Assembly (NCBI GenBank): GCA_021157605.1
Contig: JAGGWG010000020.1
Location: 1,110 to 65,109, forward strand
Direction: 5' to 3'
DNA length: 64,000 nt
Origin: a bacterium
Lineage (GTDB): Bacteria > Patescibacteriota > UBA1384 > JAGGWG01
Below are positions 20,187 through 30,991 of the stretch, piece by piece. The position numbers and the translations under genes are program-made. The notes under the pieces were generated by a model. It was not told the origin of the DNA. It did no database searches and saw only the letters and a program-made list of their open reading frames with translations. The stretch's first letter is position 1. Every line of letters starts with the position of its first letter.

Positions 20187-20207
20187 AAGAAAATTTTTAA
20201 CTCCAGA

Positions 20208-20236
20208 ATTTTAACAGAGATAAGCCCCTCTGTCAA
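20208..20236 (-). promoter_or_regulatory. Sigma70 promoter for rplU-secE-nusG-rplK
   Basis: TTGACA-17 bp-TAAAAT, with TG extended -10. Confidence 0.8.
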
Positions 20237-20268
20237 TCAAAAGCCCTACAAATATCTTAAAATTAATT

Positions 20269-21345
20269 TTAGCTAAACTCAAGTTTGCGACTACGACGGC
20301 AAATATTAGAAATAATACCTAAGATTAAATAACTGGTCAGCAAAGAAGACCCCCCATAACCCAAAAAAACCAAAGGCAGACCAGTAATAGGCATAATTCC
20401 TAAATTCATACCAATATTAACTATAATTTGAAAAAGAAAAATAGAACCAAAAGCCAATGTTGCTAAATAAGCCAACTCTTCTTCAGCTTGATAAGCAATC
20501 TGCAAAATTCTAAAAACTAAACCCAGACATAGAAGGATTATTATCAGTGAACCAGCAAAACCCAATGCTTCGGCAGCGGTAGCAAAGATAAAATCAGCAT
20601 ACCTAATAGGAAGAAATTGTAATTGGCTTTGGGTCCCCCTTCCCAAGCCTTTTCCCCACATCCCCCCTGAACCTATAGCTATCATTGACTGCCAAACATT
20701 GTATCCAGAACCCAAAATATCTTCTTTAGGATTCAAAAAAGTAAAGATTCTTTCCTTTTGGTAAGGCTTGAGGACAAAATTAAAAACCAAAGGAATACTA
20801 ATCAAAAGAATAGCTAGAAAAATATACAAAAATTTGCGGTTTTTGCCTGAAAAAAAATAGATTAAAACCCCTGAAACCAAATAAACAATCGCTGTCCCTA
20901 AATCAGGTTCTTTAGCCACCAAAAACACAGGCAAAAACAATAAAAATAAAAAAATAAAAAATTCTTTGGCCTCTACCCTTTTCTGTTCTTTTAGATAACC
21001 AACTAAACTTATAACCAAAATAACTTTAAAAATCTCTGAAGGCTGAAGGTTAAAAAAACCAAGACTAATCCACCGCGAAGAACCAAACTTAGTTTCCCCT
21101 ACAATTAAAACCACAACCAATAATAAAACTCCAAAAACATAAAGATAAGGCCAAAAACCAAATAGAGTTTGGTAATAAAGACGAGAAAAAGAAAAGAAAA
21201 CTATCAGACCCAACACAAGGAAAACGCCCTGATAAATCGCTAAATGATCCTCACCTGAAAGAGTAGCCAAAAGAAGAATGCTTAAAAGAGAAAGGAAAAG
21301 AGCCGGCAAAAGAAGCCAAAGATCAAAAGAAAACCATTTTTTCAT
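20269..21345 (-). CDS. rodA: Rod shape-determining protein RodA (SEDS)
   Basis: GSSRWI, QPSE, PDLGTA, GYNVWQS...AIGSGG, GYGGSS. Confidence 0.92.
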   Translation of the reverse strand: MKKWFSFDLWLLLPALFLSLLSILLLATLSGEDHLAIYQGVFLVLGLIVFFSFSRLYYQTLFGFWPYLYVFGVLLLVVVLIVGETKFGSSRWISLGFFNLQPSEIFKVILVISLVGYLKEQKRVEAKEFFIFLFLLFLPVFLVAKEPDLGTAIVYLVSGVLIYFFSGKNRKFLYIFLAILLISIPLVFNFVLKPYQKERIFTFLNPKEDILGSGYNVWQSMIAIGSGGMWGKGLGRGTQSQLQFLPIRYADFIFATAAEALGFAGSLIIILLCLGLVFRILQIAYQAEEELAYLATLAFGSIFLFQIIVNIGMNLGIMPITGLPLVFLGYGGSSLLTSYLILGIISNICRRSRKLEFS

Positions 21346-24161
21346 TGGTATATCTTCACTTCTATATTAGCATCCAATAAAAACTGGGAGAGCTGCTTTT
21401 TACCTTTTTTTATCCTGAGCTCAGAATTAGTCTCTGCTTCCACCTCTTTAATAATTGAAGAAATAGCTTTTTCTGAACATTCTAAACAAAATACCGCATT
21501 TTGCCCATATTTATAACCCAATTTTTTACGTAAAGACTGAATTTGTCTCACCAATTCCCTCTTAAAACCTTCCTTTTTTAAAGCCGGGGTTATTTCTGTA
21601 TTCAGACCAAGTTTTTTTCTTGTTTTTACTTCTTTAACATTTACCTCTCCTTTGATTAAATCTGCTTCCTCTTGACTAACAGAAAAAGGCAAATAAGCCG
21701 CAGCCAAGGGCTGGCGAACTTTAATTTTTGCTTTGCTTCTCAACTCTAAAAGATCAGAAATCGCTTCTCTAATAAGCTCCATTTTTTTCAAAACATCCAA
21801 TTCAGGTTTTTGAGTAGTTTCTATCTGGCACAAATGAACACTTATAGGATCCTTTTCTTCTCTTAGTTTTTGAAAAATAATCTCACTTAAATAAGGCAAA
21901 AAAGGAGCTGAAAGAATGGAGAACTTTTTCAACACTTGGGATAAAATATAAAGTTTAGCGGTCGCTGAATTTTTATCCTTAATCAAACTCTTAACTCTGC
22001 GTACATACCAAAGAGAAAGTTCAGCAATAAAATCCTCAATTTTGCGAGCTGCTTTAACTAATTCATAGTTTTCCATCAACTCAATAACCTCTTGAGAAGT
22101 TCTCTCCAACAAAACAATAATCCATTTGTCTAAAAAGTGAAGTTTTCGCGGGCGCTTAAAATTATCAATCTTATATGTTTTAGCTGTGTAGTCTAAAAAG
22201 AGATAACAGTTGTAAAAACGCATTATTACATTGCGAAATGTATGCGCTAAAAGTCGCTCAGAAAAACGGTAGTTTTGCCCTAAAGGAGCAGAGCTAAGCA
22301 GAAAAAAACGCAAACTGTCAGCCCCATACTGATCAAAAACCCGCTGAGGATCAGGATAATTCTTTAAGCGCTTGCTAAGTTTTTTGCCATCTTCTGCCAA
22401 AATAATACCGTTAACTACTGCATTTTTAAAAGCAGGTTTATTTTTACCTAAACCGATATTTTTTAAAGTAAGAATGGCAGCTAAAACATGAAGCGTGTAG
22501 AACCACCCCCGTGTCTGATCTAAACCTTCAGCAATAAAATCTGCAGGGAAAGATTTTTCTGCTTTATTCTTATTTTCAAAAGGATAGTGCCAATGAGCAT
22601 AAGGCATTGATCCTGATTCAAACCAGCAGTCAAAAACCTCAGGCACTCTCCTCATTAACCCCTGACATTTAGGGCAGCTGTAAGTAACCTTATCAATATC
22701 AGGACGGTGTAGATCTTCAGGAACCTCTGCTCCTTTATCTTTCAACTCTTGAACCGAACCAATAACTTCCTGATAATGACAGCTCTCACACTCCCATATA
22801 GGCAAAGGAGCGCCCCAATAACGGTTTCTGGAAATAGCCCAGTCTTTAGCTTCAGCTAACCATTTGCCAAAACGCCCGTGTTTTAGATAATGGGGCAACC
22901 AGTGAATTTCTTCATTGTTTTTAAGCAACTGTTCTTTCAAAGCTGACACCTTCACATAGTAAGTTTCTACAGGATAATAAAGCAAAGGGGTTTCGCAACG
23001 CCAACAGTAAGGATAGCTATGTTTTACTTCTTCTTTTTTAAAAAGTAAGCCCCTTTCCTGAAGATCAGCTATCACCTTTTCATCTGCCTCCTTAATCCAG
23101 AGATTTTTGCCGGGTTCAACCAAACTCTTACCTTCCCCGTCAACTGTCAAAAGAATAGGAAGACCATTCTTTCTTCCCAACTCCATATCATCTTCTCCAA
23201 ACGCTGGGGCAATATGAACTATACCTGTACCCTCTTCCAAATTAACAAAATCACCTTCATAAACCTGATAAACCTTATCAATTTTTTCATTTTTGGGCAA
23301 TAAATTTAGAGCTTGAGGGTACAGAGGCTCATACTCAGAACCAAGCAAATCTTCTTTTTTTAGGGTAGCAATTTTTTTATAGTTAATATTCTCTAAAACC
23401 GGCAACCTCTCTTCAGCTAAAATCAAATTTTTATCCCCCACCTTGATTTTTACATAACGAAAATCACCTATAGCCAAAGCTAAGTTAGCTGATAAGGTCC
23501 AAGGTGTAGTTGTCCAGACCAAAAAATAAGTATTGGCTTCACCTTTGAGTTTGAAAAGAACATATATTGATTTATCCCTTACATCACGATACCCTTCGCT
23601 TACTTCAAAATTAGACAACGGTGTGCCGCAACGTGGGCAATACCCAGTAACTTTAAAATGCTTGTAAAGAAGACCCAGTTTATCAACCTCTTTCAAAACC
23701 CACCAAACCGTCTCAATATAAGAATTATCCATTGTGTAATAAGCGTTCTTGTAATCTGCCCAACGACCCAAGCGAGTCAAAACCTTAACAAAATCATCAA
23801 TATGACGTGTAACCGCTTGCCGACAAGCCTGATTAAATTTTCGAATACCTAATTTTTCAATCTCTTTTTTGGAACGAATACCAAGCTCTTTTTCTATTAA
23901 GGTCTCTACCGGCAAACCATGGCAGTCCCACCCCACTCTTCTTTCTACTTTATACCCACGCTGGCTAAAAAATCGACAAACAGTATCTTTTATAGACGAA
24001 GCTAAAATATGGCCGTAATGAGGTTTACCAGTAGCAAAAGGGGGGCCGTCATAAAAACTAAAGTTTTTCTTCTTGCCCTTAAGCGTCTTTTGATAAATCT
24101 TGTTTTTTTGCCAAAAAGAGAGTATCTCTTCTTCTTTTTGGCTAAAATTAAAACCGCTCAT
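21342..24161 (-). CDS. ileS: Isoleucine--tRNA ligase, type 2
   Basis: DGPPFATGKPHYGH, GWDCHGLP, WTTTPWTL, EGLDQTRGWFY, KLSKR. Confidence 0.97.
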   Translation of the reverse strand: MSGFNFSQKEEEILSFWQKNKIYQKTLKGKKKNFSFYDGPPFATGKPHYGHILASSIKDTVCRFFSQRGYKVERRVGWDCHGLPVETLIEKELGIRSKKEIEKLGIRKFNQACRQAVTRHIDDFVKVLTRLGRWADYKNAYYTMDNSYIETVWWVLKEVDKLGLLYKHFKVTGYCPRCGTPLSNFEVSEGYRDVRDKSIYVLFKLKGEANTYFLVWTTTPWTLSANLALAIGDFRYVKIKVGDKNLILAEERLPVLENINYKKIATLKKEDLLGSEYEPLYPQALNLLPKNEKIDKVYQVYEGDFVNLEEGTGIVHIAPAFGEDDMELGRKNGLPILLTVDGEGKSLVEPGKNLWIKEADEKVIADLQERGLLFKKEEVKHSYPYCWRCETPLLYYPVETYYVKVSALKEQLLKNNEEIHWLPHYLKHGRFGKWLAEAKDWAISRNRYWGAPLPIWECESCHYQEVIGSVQELKDKGAEVPEDLHRPDIDKVTYSCPKCQGLMRRVPEVFDCWFESGSMPYAHWHYPFENKNKAEKSFPADFIAEGLDQTRGWFYTLHVLAAILTLKNIGLGKNKPAFKNAVVNGIILAEDGKKLSKRLKNYPDPQRVFDQYGADSLRFFLLSSAPLGQNYRFSERLLAHTFRNVIMRFYNCYLFLDYTAKTYKIDNFKRPRKLHFLDKWIIVLLERTSQEVIELMENYELVKAARKIEDFIAELSLWYVRRVKSLIKDKNSATAKLYILSQVLKKFSILSAPFLPYLSEIIFQKLREEKDPISVHLCQIETTQKPELDVLKKMELIREAISDLLELRSKAKIKVRQPLAAAYLPFSVSQEEADLIKGEVNVKEVKTRKKLGLNTEITPALKKEGFKRELVRQIQSLRKKLGYKYGQNAVFCLECSEKAISSIIKEVEAETNSELRIKKGKKQLSQFLLDANIEVKIYQ

Positions 24162-24583
24162 TGTTCTTTTTTAGTTTGGATTTTATCTAAAATTTGGTTA
24201 ACTAATTTATCAGCACGACTATTCTTTTTGCGGGGGATATAAACAAACTCAACTTCCATTCTAGTTTCCCAAATCAAACGCTTAATTGCAATAAAAAACT
24301 TCTGCATCCGTTCATTTTTAACTTTAAAATTTCCGCCTAGCTGTTTGGCTACCAACAAGGAATCAAGAAAAAAAATTGCTTTTTTAACCTTAAGTTTTTT
24401 GAGATGCTTTAAAGCCAAAATCACTGCCCGATATTCAGCCTCATTATTTGTCCCCTTGCCCCAAAACTTGCCTCCTTTTGCTATCAATTTACGCTTAGGA
24501 GATAGAACAAGATAAGCTGAAGCTGAGGGACCGGGGTTGCCCCTAGAAGCACCATCGCAATAAACAAAAAAATTTTCTTTCAT
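24158..24583 (-). CDS. rnhA: Ribonuclease HI
   Basis: DGASRGNPG, TNNEAEY, DSLLV, NSRAD; probable ATG at 24583. Confidence 0.93.
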   Translation of the reverse strand: MKENFFVYCDGASRGNPGPSASAYLVLSPKRKLIAKGGKFWGKGTNNEAEYRAVILALKHLKKLKVKKAIFFLDSLLVAKQLGGNFKVKNERMQKFFIAIKRLIWETRMEVEFVYIPRKKNSRADKLVNQILDKIQTKKEQ

Positions 24584-24615
24584 CTGTTTTATCTTATCAG
24601 AAGCAAGTTTTCTTA

Positions 24616-25551
24616 TCAAAACTCTGCCTGATAAATAGAATAATCCAAAACATCAGAAATACTCTTTAGGCGGTTGGGAAATTTAACAAATAAAGTGCGG
24701 CAATCAGTTGCAGAACATCCGTTACTAATAATTAATGTTTCCGGAACGCCTAATTTATCACCAGAGCCAAAATTAAAATAAAGTTGACCAGCGCTGTTAA
24801 AAACCTTAATTTTTAATAAGCGGAAACGAGAAAAATTACGCACCATAAAACTGCATTTCTCTACTCCGTTTTCGTAAGCGCACCTTGTCCTACTTAATCG
24901 CAGTTGATTTTCTCCGCTGCCAAAAAGAGAGCCCAAAGACTCCAATCGGGATGAGCCACCAACGAAATGATAGCGCACCAACCCCTCAATCATCTCTTGA
25001 TTATTAGGATCTTCAGCCCTGAACCAAACCAAAGCTTTTTCTTTTTCTGCTGGGTTGCTGCCCAAAGGCACAAAACTGACATTTAGACGACCTTCATAGC
25101 GAGAAACATCAAAAAGAAGCGAGTCATCCTTTTTAAGGTCAAAAATTTGCGGGGAAACAGCAGTATAGCTACTTATGGCAAGAGTGTTATTAAAATTACT
25201 ATCGTAGTAATGAACTCGTGGGTAATGAGTTGCCTTTTGGTAATAACTACGAGCACTACTAAAATCTAAATATTCGGAAGTTGTAGAACTCAAAAAACCT
25301 TTTATTGCTGTCCTTGGCCAATTTAGAAAAAGAAGCGAATCAGAATTGTAAGGTGTATAGTTATCAATTTTGTATAAAGCTGTCTCAATTCCTCCCCAAG
25401 CCATCCAGTACTTTAACTCATCTTGGTAAGACTGACGCCTAGATAGCACAGAAAAAACCACTAAATTAAAACTCAATTGCATTATTGCGACCAAAGCTCC
25501 TATAAGCATCACTGAGTAAAGCAAAGCTGAGCCGCGATTTGTCCTTTTCAT
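24616..25551 (-). CDS. PilX-like minor pilin
   Basis: Class III signal RG|SALLYSVMLI lacking Glu5; last gene of the minor pilin run. Confidence 0.7.
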   Translation of the reverse strand: MKRTNRGSALLYSVMLIGALVAIMQLSFNLVVFSVLSRRQSYQDELKYWMAWGGIETALYKIDNYTPYNSDSLLFLNWPRTAIKGFLSSTTSEYLDFSSARSYYQKATHYPRVHYYDSNFNNTLAISSYTAVSPQIFDLKKDDSLLFDVSRYEGRLNVSFVPLGSNPAEKEKALVWFRAEDPNNQEMIEGLVRYHFVGGSSRLESLGSLFGSGENQLRLSRTRCAYENGVEKCSFMVRNFSRFRLLKIKVFNSAGQLYFNFGSGDKLGVPETLIISNGCSATDCRTLFVKFPNRLKSISDVLDYSIYQAEF

Positions 25552-26288
25552 AAATAAGGATTAGCTTTAACTAAAGGCACAAAAACTTGCTTAAGCTCTC
25601 GCCAATAGGTTTTCTTGCCCCATTGCTCTACTAAAGTAACCTCCATTTTAACCCATAAATCAAAAGGTCTTATCTCTGTTTGGGGATCAAAAATACTTTT
25701 AGCTACCTTCTTTTGGGACGGCTTAGCTGTTATTTGGAAAAAATGTCTTTTGTTCTTGTCAAAATTACCTAATTCAGACCACCCTACACCCTCTTCGCGC
25801 CAAATAGTTCTGCCGCCCTCCTCTTCTTCAACCCAGTTTTTAACCTTTATTTTGCCTGTTTCCCCGCTATCATCTAACCAAAAAACATATATTTTACCCG
25901 ATCGTTCATCTTTAATATACAAATAACGGCCACGCGCAGAATGGTTTAAAACCCCTCTAATTTTTCTCAAAACTGCATTGTTGTGTTGAGTATTGCCTGG
26001 ATCCAAAAAGTCTTTAGAAGCAAAGAAAAGATTAGCTTTTTTATCCAAAAGAGTTGGCCAAAAGTCAGAACCGTCCAGCAAATCTCCATTAGCTTCCCTT
26101 ACTGCTGACCTGATTGTTTCTGTAATATTTTTAGCGTTTTGCCCCAAAACTACTGTCATTTCCAATTCTTTCCTGCTTCTTAGTGCTCCTGTCAATATGC
26201 CGTACACCACAACTAAAAGAGAAGTAAAAATAAAACTAGCCAACAAAAGCTCAATTAAAGTAAAACCTTTTTGGTTCTTTGCCATCAT
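25548..26288 (-). CDS. Minor pilin (PilW/GspJ-like)
   Basis: QKG|FTLIELLL prepilin motif. Confidence 0.85.
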   Translation of the reverse strand: MMAKNQKGFTLIELLLASFIFTSLLVVVYGILTGALRSRKELEMTVVLGQNAKNITETIRSAVREANGDLLDGSDFWPTLLDKKANLFFASKDFLDPGNTQHNNAVLRKIRGVLNHSARGRYLYIKDERSGKIYVFWLDDSGETGKIKVKNWVEEEEGGRTIWREEGVGWSELGNFDKNKRHFFQITAKPSQKKVAKSIFDPQTEIRPFDLWVKMEVTLVEQWGKKTYWRELKQVFVPLVKANPYL

Positions 26289-26290
26289 TT

Positions 26291-26839
26291 TTAAAGATAA
26301 TTGCCAAGTAGGGTGTAGAATTTCTTTATTTTTTCTCTGCCAAACCTATCTTGCCATTTAACCTCAAATTTTACCTTAACCAAACCCTCTTCTTTTTGGG
26401 TAGAATCTCTATCTTTATAAACAGGCTCTAAGCAAAGGCGATAATTAAGACGCACTGAACCACTATCGTTAACTATTTTATTCACCTCCTGCCAAGAATG
26501 AGCGCCCAAAAGAGTATTTATCTTCCAAGTATTGTCGTCCAAAGAAAGATAAAAACAAGAAGCATCTCTCAAAGGCAAGATACTGCTTTCCCAATTAGTT
26601 GTTTTGTCTTTGTCAAAAGCTATTTGGTTCCTATAAGCAACTAAAGCTGAAAACTGCTCTTCAGCTAATAAATTAATATAGCTTTCAGCGTTATGCCTTA
26701 AAATCTCATTTAAATTGTTAATATTCATATAAACCACAATTAAAACTATTCCTCCTAAAATTCCTAAAGAAACCAAAACCTCCATCAAAGTAAAACCTGC
26801 ATTTTTAAAATTTTTAAACCTCTTTAAGCTCAAAGCCAT
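26291..26839 (-). CDS. Minor pilin (PilV-like)
   Basis: NAG|FTLMEVLVSL prepilin motif. Confidence 0.85.
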   Translation of the reverse strand: MALSLKRFKNFKNAGFTLMEVLVSLGILGGIVLIVVYMNINNLNEILRHNAESYINLLAEEQFSALVAYRNQIAFDKDKTTNWESSILPLRDASCFYLSLDDNTWKINTLLGAHSWQEVNKIVNDSGSVRLNYRLCLEPVYKDRDSTQKEEGLVKVKFEVKWQDRFGREKIKKFYTLLGNYL

Positions 26840-27359
26840 AAATTATCTTCTTTTTATCAACAACCATACACTTTTTCTCTTTTTGGCGCTTAAAACAAAT
26901 CTCGACTAAAAAATCACCATTTTCTTTTTTTAATGTAGGAATAGCATTGATTTTTTCAAGATTTAAACCACCTAAACCCTGATTAAGTATTTCAATTTCT
27001 ATTTTCTCTAAATCACGACCGCCGTTCTTATCTTTCCCCTCAATAACAATATCATTCTCTTGGTAGTTAATAAATGCCAAACATGTTCTCAAAGAAACAC
27101 CAGGTCCTGTTTTACACTCTGTTGCAAATTCCTGGTTTTCAAAATCAAAAGTAATAAATACATCTTGACATCTTCCTTGACGCAATGATTCTTGGGCAAA
27201 AATAAGAGCTTTCTTAGTTCTAATTATTACTGAATCCAGCAGCTCTTTTTGAGACATAGAGGAAAAATTATACAAAACTCCTCCGCTAAGAATAGCAATA
27301 ACACCTAAAACTAAAATTATTTCCACCAAGCTAAAACCCCTATTCTTAGCAAAAGCCAT
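26814..27359 (-). CDS. Minor pilin (FimT/GspH-like)
   Basis: NRG|FSLVEIILVL prepilin motif; several Cys. Confidence 0.85.
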   Translation of the reverse strand: MAFAKNRGFSLVEIILVLGVIAILSGGVLYNFSSMSQKELLDSVIIRTKKALIFAQESLRQGRCQDVFITFDFENQEFATECKTGPGVSLRTCLAFINYQENDIVIEGKDKNGGRDLEKIEIEILNQGLGGLNLEKINAIPTLKKENGDFLVEICFKRQKEKKCMVVDKKKIIYGFELKEV

Positions 27360-27373
27360 TACTTTTTATTTTA

Positions 27374-28150
27374 TCACAAAAAATTAAGCAAAAAACCCCT
27401 CGCTTGGGGAAAGAAATAAAGAACAAAAAAAGAAAAAATTAAAAACGGAGCAAAAGGAACCAAGCTTTGACGTTCCTTAACCTTTAACAAAAGCAAAAAA
27501 ACAGCCACTATCCCCCCAAAAACAAAAGCTAACCAAATAAAAATCAAACTCAACCTCCATCCCCAAAAAAGACCCAAAACCCCTCCTAATTTAGCATCAC
27601 CAAGACCAAACCATTTGCCTTGAGAAAATAAATAAAGCGACCAAAAAAGAATAAAAACTAAAACCCCTCCCAACAAACTTTGCCATATTGAGATATTAGC
27701 TAAGGGCGGAATTTTAAAAATATATTTTACTAGCCACAAGCCAAAAATAATTAGAATAAATCCATCAGGAATAACCATTTTTCTAAGATCATAAAAAGCA
27801 ACAACTAAAAGAAAAGAAGTAAAAAAACAGGCAAAAATAAATGCTTTGCTAAAGCCAAACTGCCAAAAAGATAAAACAAAAACTAAACCACTAAACAATT
27901 CGATCAATAATACTCTCCAGCCTATAGGTTGCTGGCAATATCGGCACTTCCCTCTTAAAAGCAAAAAACTAATTAAAGGTATTAAATCTTGAGCATAAAG
28001 ACGGTGGCGGCAATGAGAACAAAAAGAATAACCTCTCAAATTAAGACGCAAACCTTTATGAGAAACAAACTGCAATCTGCTGACTATTACCTCTAAAAAG
28101 CTCCCCCAAATTATCCCACCAACAAAAGCACTTAATAAATTCCAATACAA
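27374..28150 (-). CDS. pilD: Prepilin peptidase
   Basis: GSFL, CSHC...CRYC, YDL, GLGDAKL, PFAPFL. Confidence 0.95.
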   Translation of the reverse strand: MYWNLLSAFVGGIIWGSFLEVIVSRLQFVSHKGLRLNLRGYSFCSHCRHRLYAQDLIPLISFLLLRGKCRYCQQPIGWRVLLIELFSGLVFVLSFWQFGFSKAFIFACFFTSFLLVVAFYDLRKMVIPDGFILIIFGLWLVKYIFKIPPLANISIWQSLLGGVLVFILFWSLYLFSQGKWFGLGDAKLGGVLGLFWGWRLSLIFIWLAFVFGGIVAVFLLLLKVKERQSLVPFAPFLIFSFFVLYFFPQARGFLLNFL

Positions 28151-28171
28151 GATATAATTTAACTCTTTAAC

Positions 28172-28600
28172 CTACATTTCTTGGCAACTCCCTCCTGTAG
28201 AACAAATAAAACGTTTGCCTCTTTTGCTTTCGTAATATGTCTGCACAGTATAATCAGTAATAGAAGCATTATGATAAGAACTCCCCTGCCGCCACGCATA
28301 AGCCCCTATGTCAGTACCCCTGACATTACACGGCCCTATTTTTCCTGTAGCTGGATCACTACTTAAATAGGGGGAAAGATCTGCCCAAGAAGTAGCATAT
28401 TTGCCGTTATCATTGTAATAAGACTCTTGCGCTTCTGAAATAGATCTCACAATTGCTTTTCTTTGCGTATCTCTTGCTTGCGACCTTACTCTTGAGGTGG
28501 CCACTAATACCAAACCAGCCAAAATTCCCAAAATAGCGATTACTGCCAAAAGCTCAATAAGGGTAAAGCCTCTGCTTTGTTTAAGGGCGGTTTTAATCAT
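28172..28600 (-). CDS. pilA: Major type IV pilin (probable)
   Basis: SRG|FTLIELLAVIAILGIL, ARDTQRK helix; own promoter upstream. Confidence 0.85.
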   Translation of the reverse strand: MIKTALKQSRGFTLIELLAVIAILGILAGLVLVATSRVRSQARDTQRKAIVRSISEAQESYYNDNGKYATSWADLSPYLSSDPATGKIGPCNVRGTDIGAYAWRQGSSYHNASITDYTVQTYYESKRGKRFICSTGGSCQEM

Positions 28601-28634
28601 AACTAATAAATTAGTTTTTAACTATATTAATTTT

Positions 28635-28680
28635 ATTCTATCCCACCTTATCTTCCAAGTTATCCACAAGTTAACTTATT
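28635..28680 (-). promoter_or_regulatory. pilA promoter with exact DnaA box
   Basis: Minus strand: AATAAGTTAACT-TGTGGATAA-N12-GGTGGGA-TAGAAT; box at 28660-28668. Confidence 0.7.
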
Positions 28681-29873
28681 GGCAATTGAACTAAGCCATA
28701 AATAGGCCCAAATACTGACCAAACCATTATTGCCACCCCTACAGCCAAAACTACAATTATAATTGGTTCCACCAAAGACACGACTTTTTTGACATAAGAA
28801 TCTGTTTTTTCCTGATAATACTGGGCCAAACGCAGAAACATCTTTTCTAAACTCCCTGTTTGTTCCCCAACACTAATAAGCTGGGATTCTAAAGTAGGAA
28901 AAACGCTTTCCTGTGCCAAAGAAGAACTAAAAGGCAAGCCTCTTTCTACTTTAGCCTTAATTCTATCTAAAGACTCTTTAATAATTAAAAAAGACATTGA
29001 GTTTTTAACTAAGTCAATCGCCTCTAAAATAGGGGTGGCAGATTTAAAAAGAAGATAGAAAAGACGATTAAGTCTAGCCATTTGGCTCCGCAGCAGCACG
29101 TCTTTAACTACAGGCAAAGAAAAAAGCAGTCTTTCTGTCCACATCTTTACTTTTTTACTGGAATTAATACACCAGTAAAAAAAGATGCCAATAACAATTA
29201 AACCTAAAAGCAATGCCCACCAATAATGGGCTAAAAACATACCTACTCCAACTACCAATTTTGTTTGCCAAGGAAGATCAACATTAGCTTCTTCAAAGAG
29301 TACTTTAATTCTAGGCACAAAATCAGTAATCACTAAAAAACCAACAACTAACATTGCTGCTACTACAAATATAGGGTAAAGAAGAGCTGACCAAAGTGAG
29401 CTGGAAAAATGTGCTTCATCCTCTAGGATTTTAGCTAAAGTCTCAAAAACCTCGGGCAGATTTCCTGAAGCCTCTCCTGAACGCACCACCGCAATAATTA
29501 CTGGTTCAAAAACATCACTATAGCTTTCCATAGCTTTACTCAAACTATTGCCAGCCCTTACCTGTTCGCCAACATTTCCGACTATTTCTTGAAAATACTT
29601 GTTTTGTGTCTCTGTTTCAATAATTGCTAAAGCTTTATCAATAGGAAAACCAGCCTTAAGCATGGTAGCTAACTGACGCATAAAAACAGCTTTTGCTCCA
29701 ACACTCACCTTTTTAAAAAAAGTAAAACTTCCCTCCTGTTTCTCTTTTATCCACAAAACCAAAAGACTTTGTTGTTCTAAATGCTTTTTGGCTGAAAGCG
29801 CATCTTGGGCTTCAATAACACCAGTTTGAATTGTTCCTTTTTTATCCTGAGCGCTGTAAAAAAAATTTTTCAT
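28671..29873 (-). CDS. pilC: Type IV pilus platform protein
   Basis: RQLATMLKAG, GEASGNL, LYP, GEQTGSL, VEPIII (two T2SS-F domains). Confidence 0.95.
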   Translation of the reverse strand: MKNFFYSAQDKKGTIQTGVIEAQDALSAKKHLEQQSLLVLWIKEKQEGSFTFFKKVSVGAKAVFMRQLATMLKAGFPIDKALAIIETETQNKYFQEIVGNVGEQVRAGNSLSKAMESYSDVFEPVIIAVVRSGEASGNLPEVFETLAKILEDEAHFSSSLWSALLYPIFVVAAMLVVGFLVITDFVPRIKVLFEEANVDLPWQTKLVVGVGMFLAHYWWALLLGLIVIGIFFYWCINSSKKVKMWTERLLFSLPVVKDVLLRSQMARLNRLFYLLFKSATPILEAIDLVKNSMSFLIIKESLDRIKAKVERGLPFSSSLAQESVFPTLESQLISVGEQTGSLEKMFLRLAQYYQEKTDSYVKKVVSLVEPIIIVVLAVGVAIMVWSVFGPIYGLVQLPIS

Positions 29874-29876
29874 AGT

Positions 29877-30980
29877 TTAGTAAAGTTCTTGTTTAAAAAC
29901 TTGGGGGTTTTCAGCCCAAACCAAAGCATCCTCAATCTTTACTTCACCCCTTTTGACCAACTCTATTAGGGTTTTATCCAAACTAATCATACCCTCAGCA
30001 AAAGAAGTTTGAATAATATTGGGAATCTGATGTGATTTACCTTCCCTAATGGCATTTCTTACAGCTACATTGGCAATCAAAACCTCACAAGCAACAATCC
30101 TACCCCCTTTAGTACGAGGCAAAAGGCGTTGAGAGATAACACCTAAAAGAGTGTTAGCTAGCTGCTGTCTAATTTGCCGCTGTTGATGTTCAGGAAAGAT
30201 ATCTACGATTCTATCTACTGTTTGAGCTGCGTTATTAGTATGCAAAGTAGTCAAAACTAAATGTCCGGTCTCAGCTAAAGTTAAAGTAGCTTCAGCACTA
30301 TCCTTATCTCTCATTTCTCCCAAAAAAATTACATTAGGATCTTCTCTTAAAGCTGAACGCAAAGCCCGTTTAAAAGAAAGGGTATCAGTATAAACCTCCC
30401 TTTGGGCAATAATTGATTTTTTATTTACAAAAACATACTCTATAGGATCCTCAACAGTAATAATATGTTCACTGCGGGTCTGATTAATGTATTCAAGCAT
30501 TGAAGCAATAGTGGTTGATTTTCCGTGCCCAGTAGGACCAACCACAATAAAAAGCCCTTGTTTGGCTGAAGCAAACTTTTCCAGAATCGGAGGCAAACTT
30601 AATTCAGCAAAACTCCTAATTTCTGAAGGGATAACTCTTAAAGAAACACTAACATCCCCTTTTTGACGAAAGATATTTACTCTCATTCGATGGTTGTCAA
30701 AAGCAAAAGAAAAATCAGCCTCCTTTTCCCGCTCAAACCTTTGCCTTTGCCAATCGTCCATAAAGGGAGAAACCATCTTTAGTATCTCTTCCGAAGTAAA
30801 TTTTGGAGTCTTTTGTACTACCAAATTACCGTTTATCCTAAAAACCGCCGGCATGCCCGGGAAAAAATGAACATCAGAGGCCTTGCTTTGGCAAGCCAAA
30901 TGAAATACCTCCTCTGCTTGAGCTTTGTAATTTGCCCCTTCTGCACTAGTAGGAGGGGAGGTGAAATTTTCTTTAACCAT
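29877..30980 (-). CDS. pilT: Type IV pilus retraction ATPase
   Basis: GPTGHGKST, EDPIE, LREDP, GEMRD, TGHLVLTTLHT, AVRNAIRE. Confidence 0.96.
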   Translation of the reverse strand: MVKENFTSPPTSAEGANYKAQAEEVFHLACQSKASDVHFFPGMPAVFRINGNLVVQKTPKFTSEEILKMVSPFMDDWQRQRFEREKEADFSFAFDNHRMRVNIFRQKGDVSVSLRVIPSEIRSFAELSLPPILEKFASAKQGLFIVVGPTGHGKSTTIASMLEYINQTRSEHIITVEDPIEYVFVNKKSIIAQREVYTDTLSFKRALRSALREDPNVIFLGEMRDKDSAEATLTLAETGHLVLTTLHTNNAAQTVDRIVDIFPEHQQRQIRQQLANTLLGVISQRLLPRTKGGRIVACEVLIANVAVRNAIREGKSHQIPNIIQTSFAEGMISLDKTLIELVKRGEVKIEDALVWAENPQVFKQELY

Positions 30981-30991
30981 ACCTAAGTATA

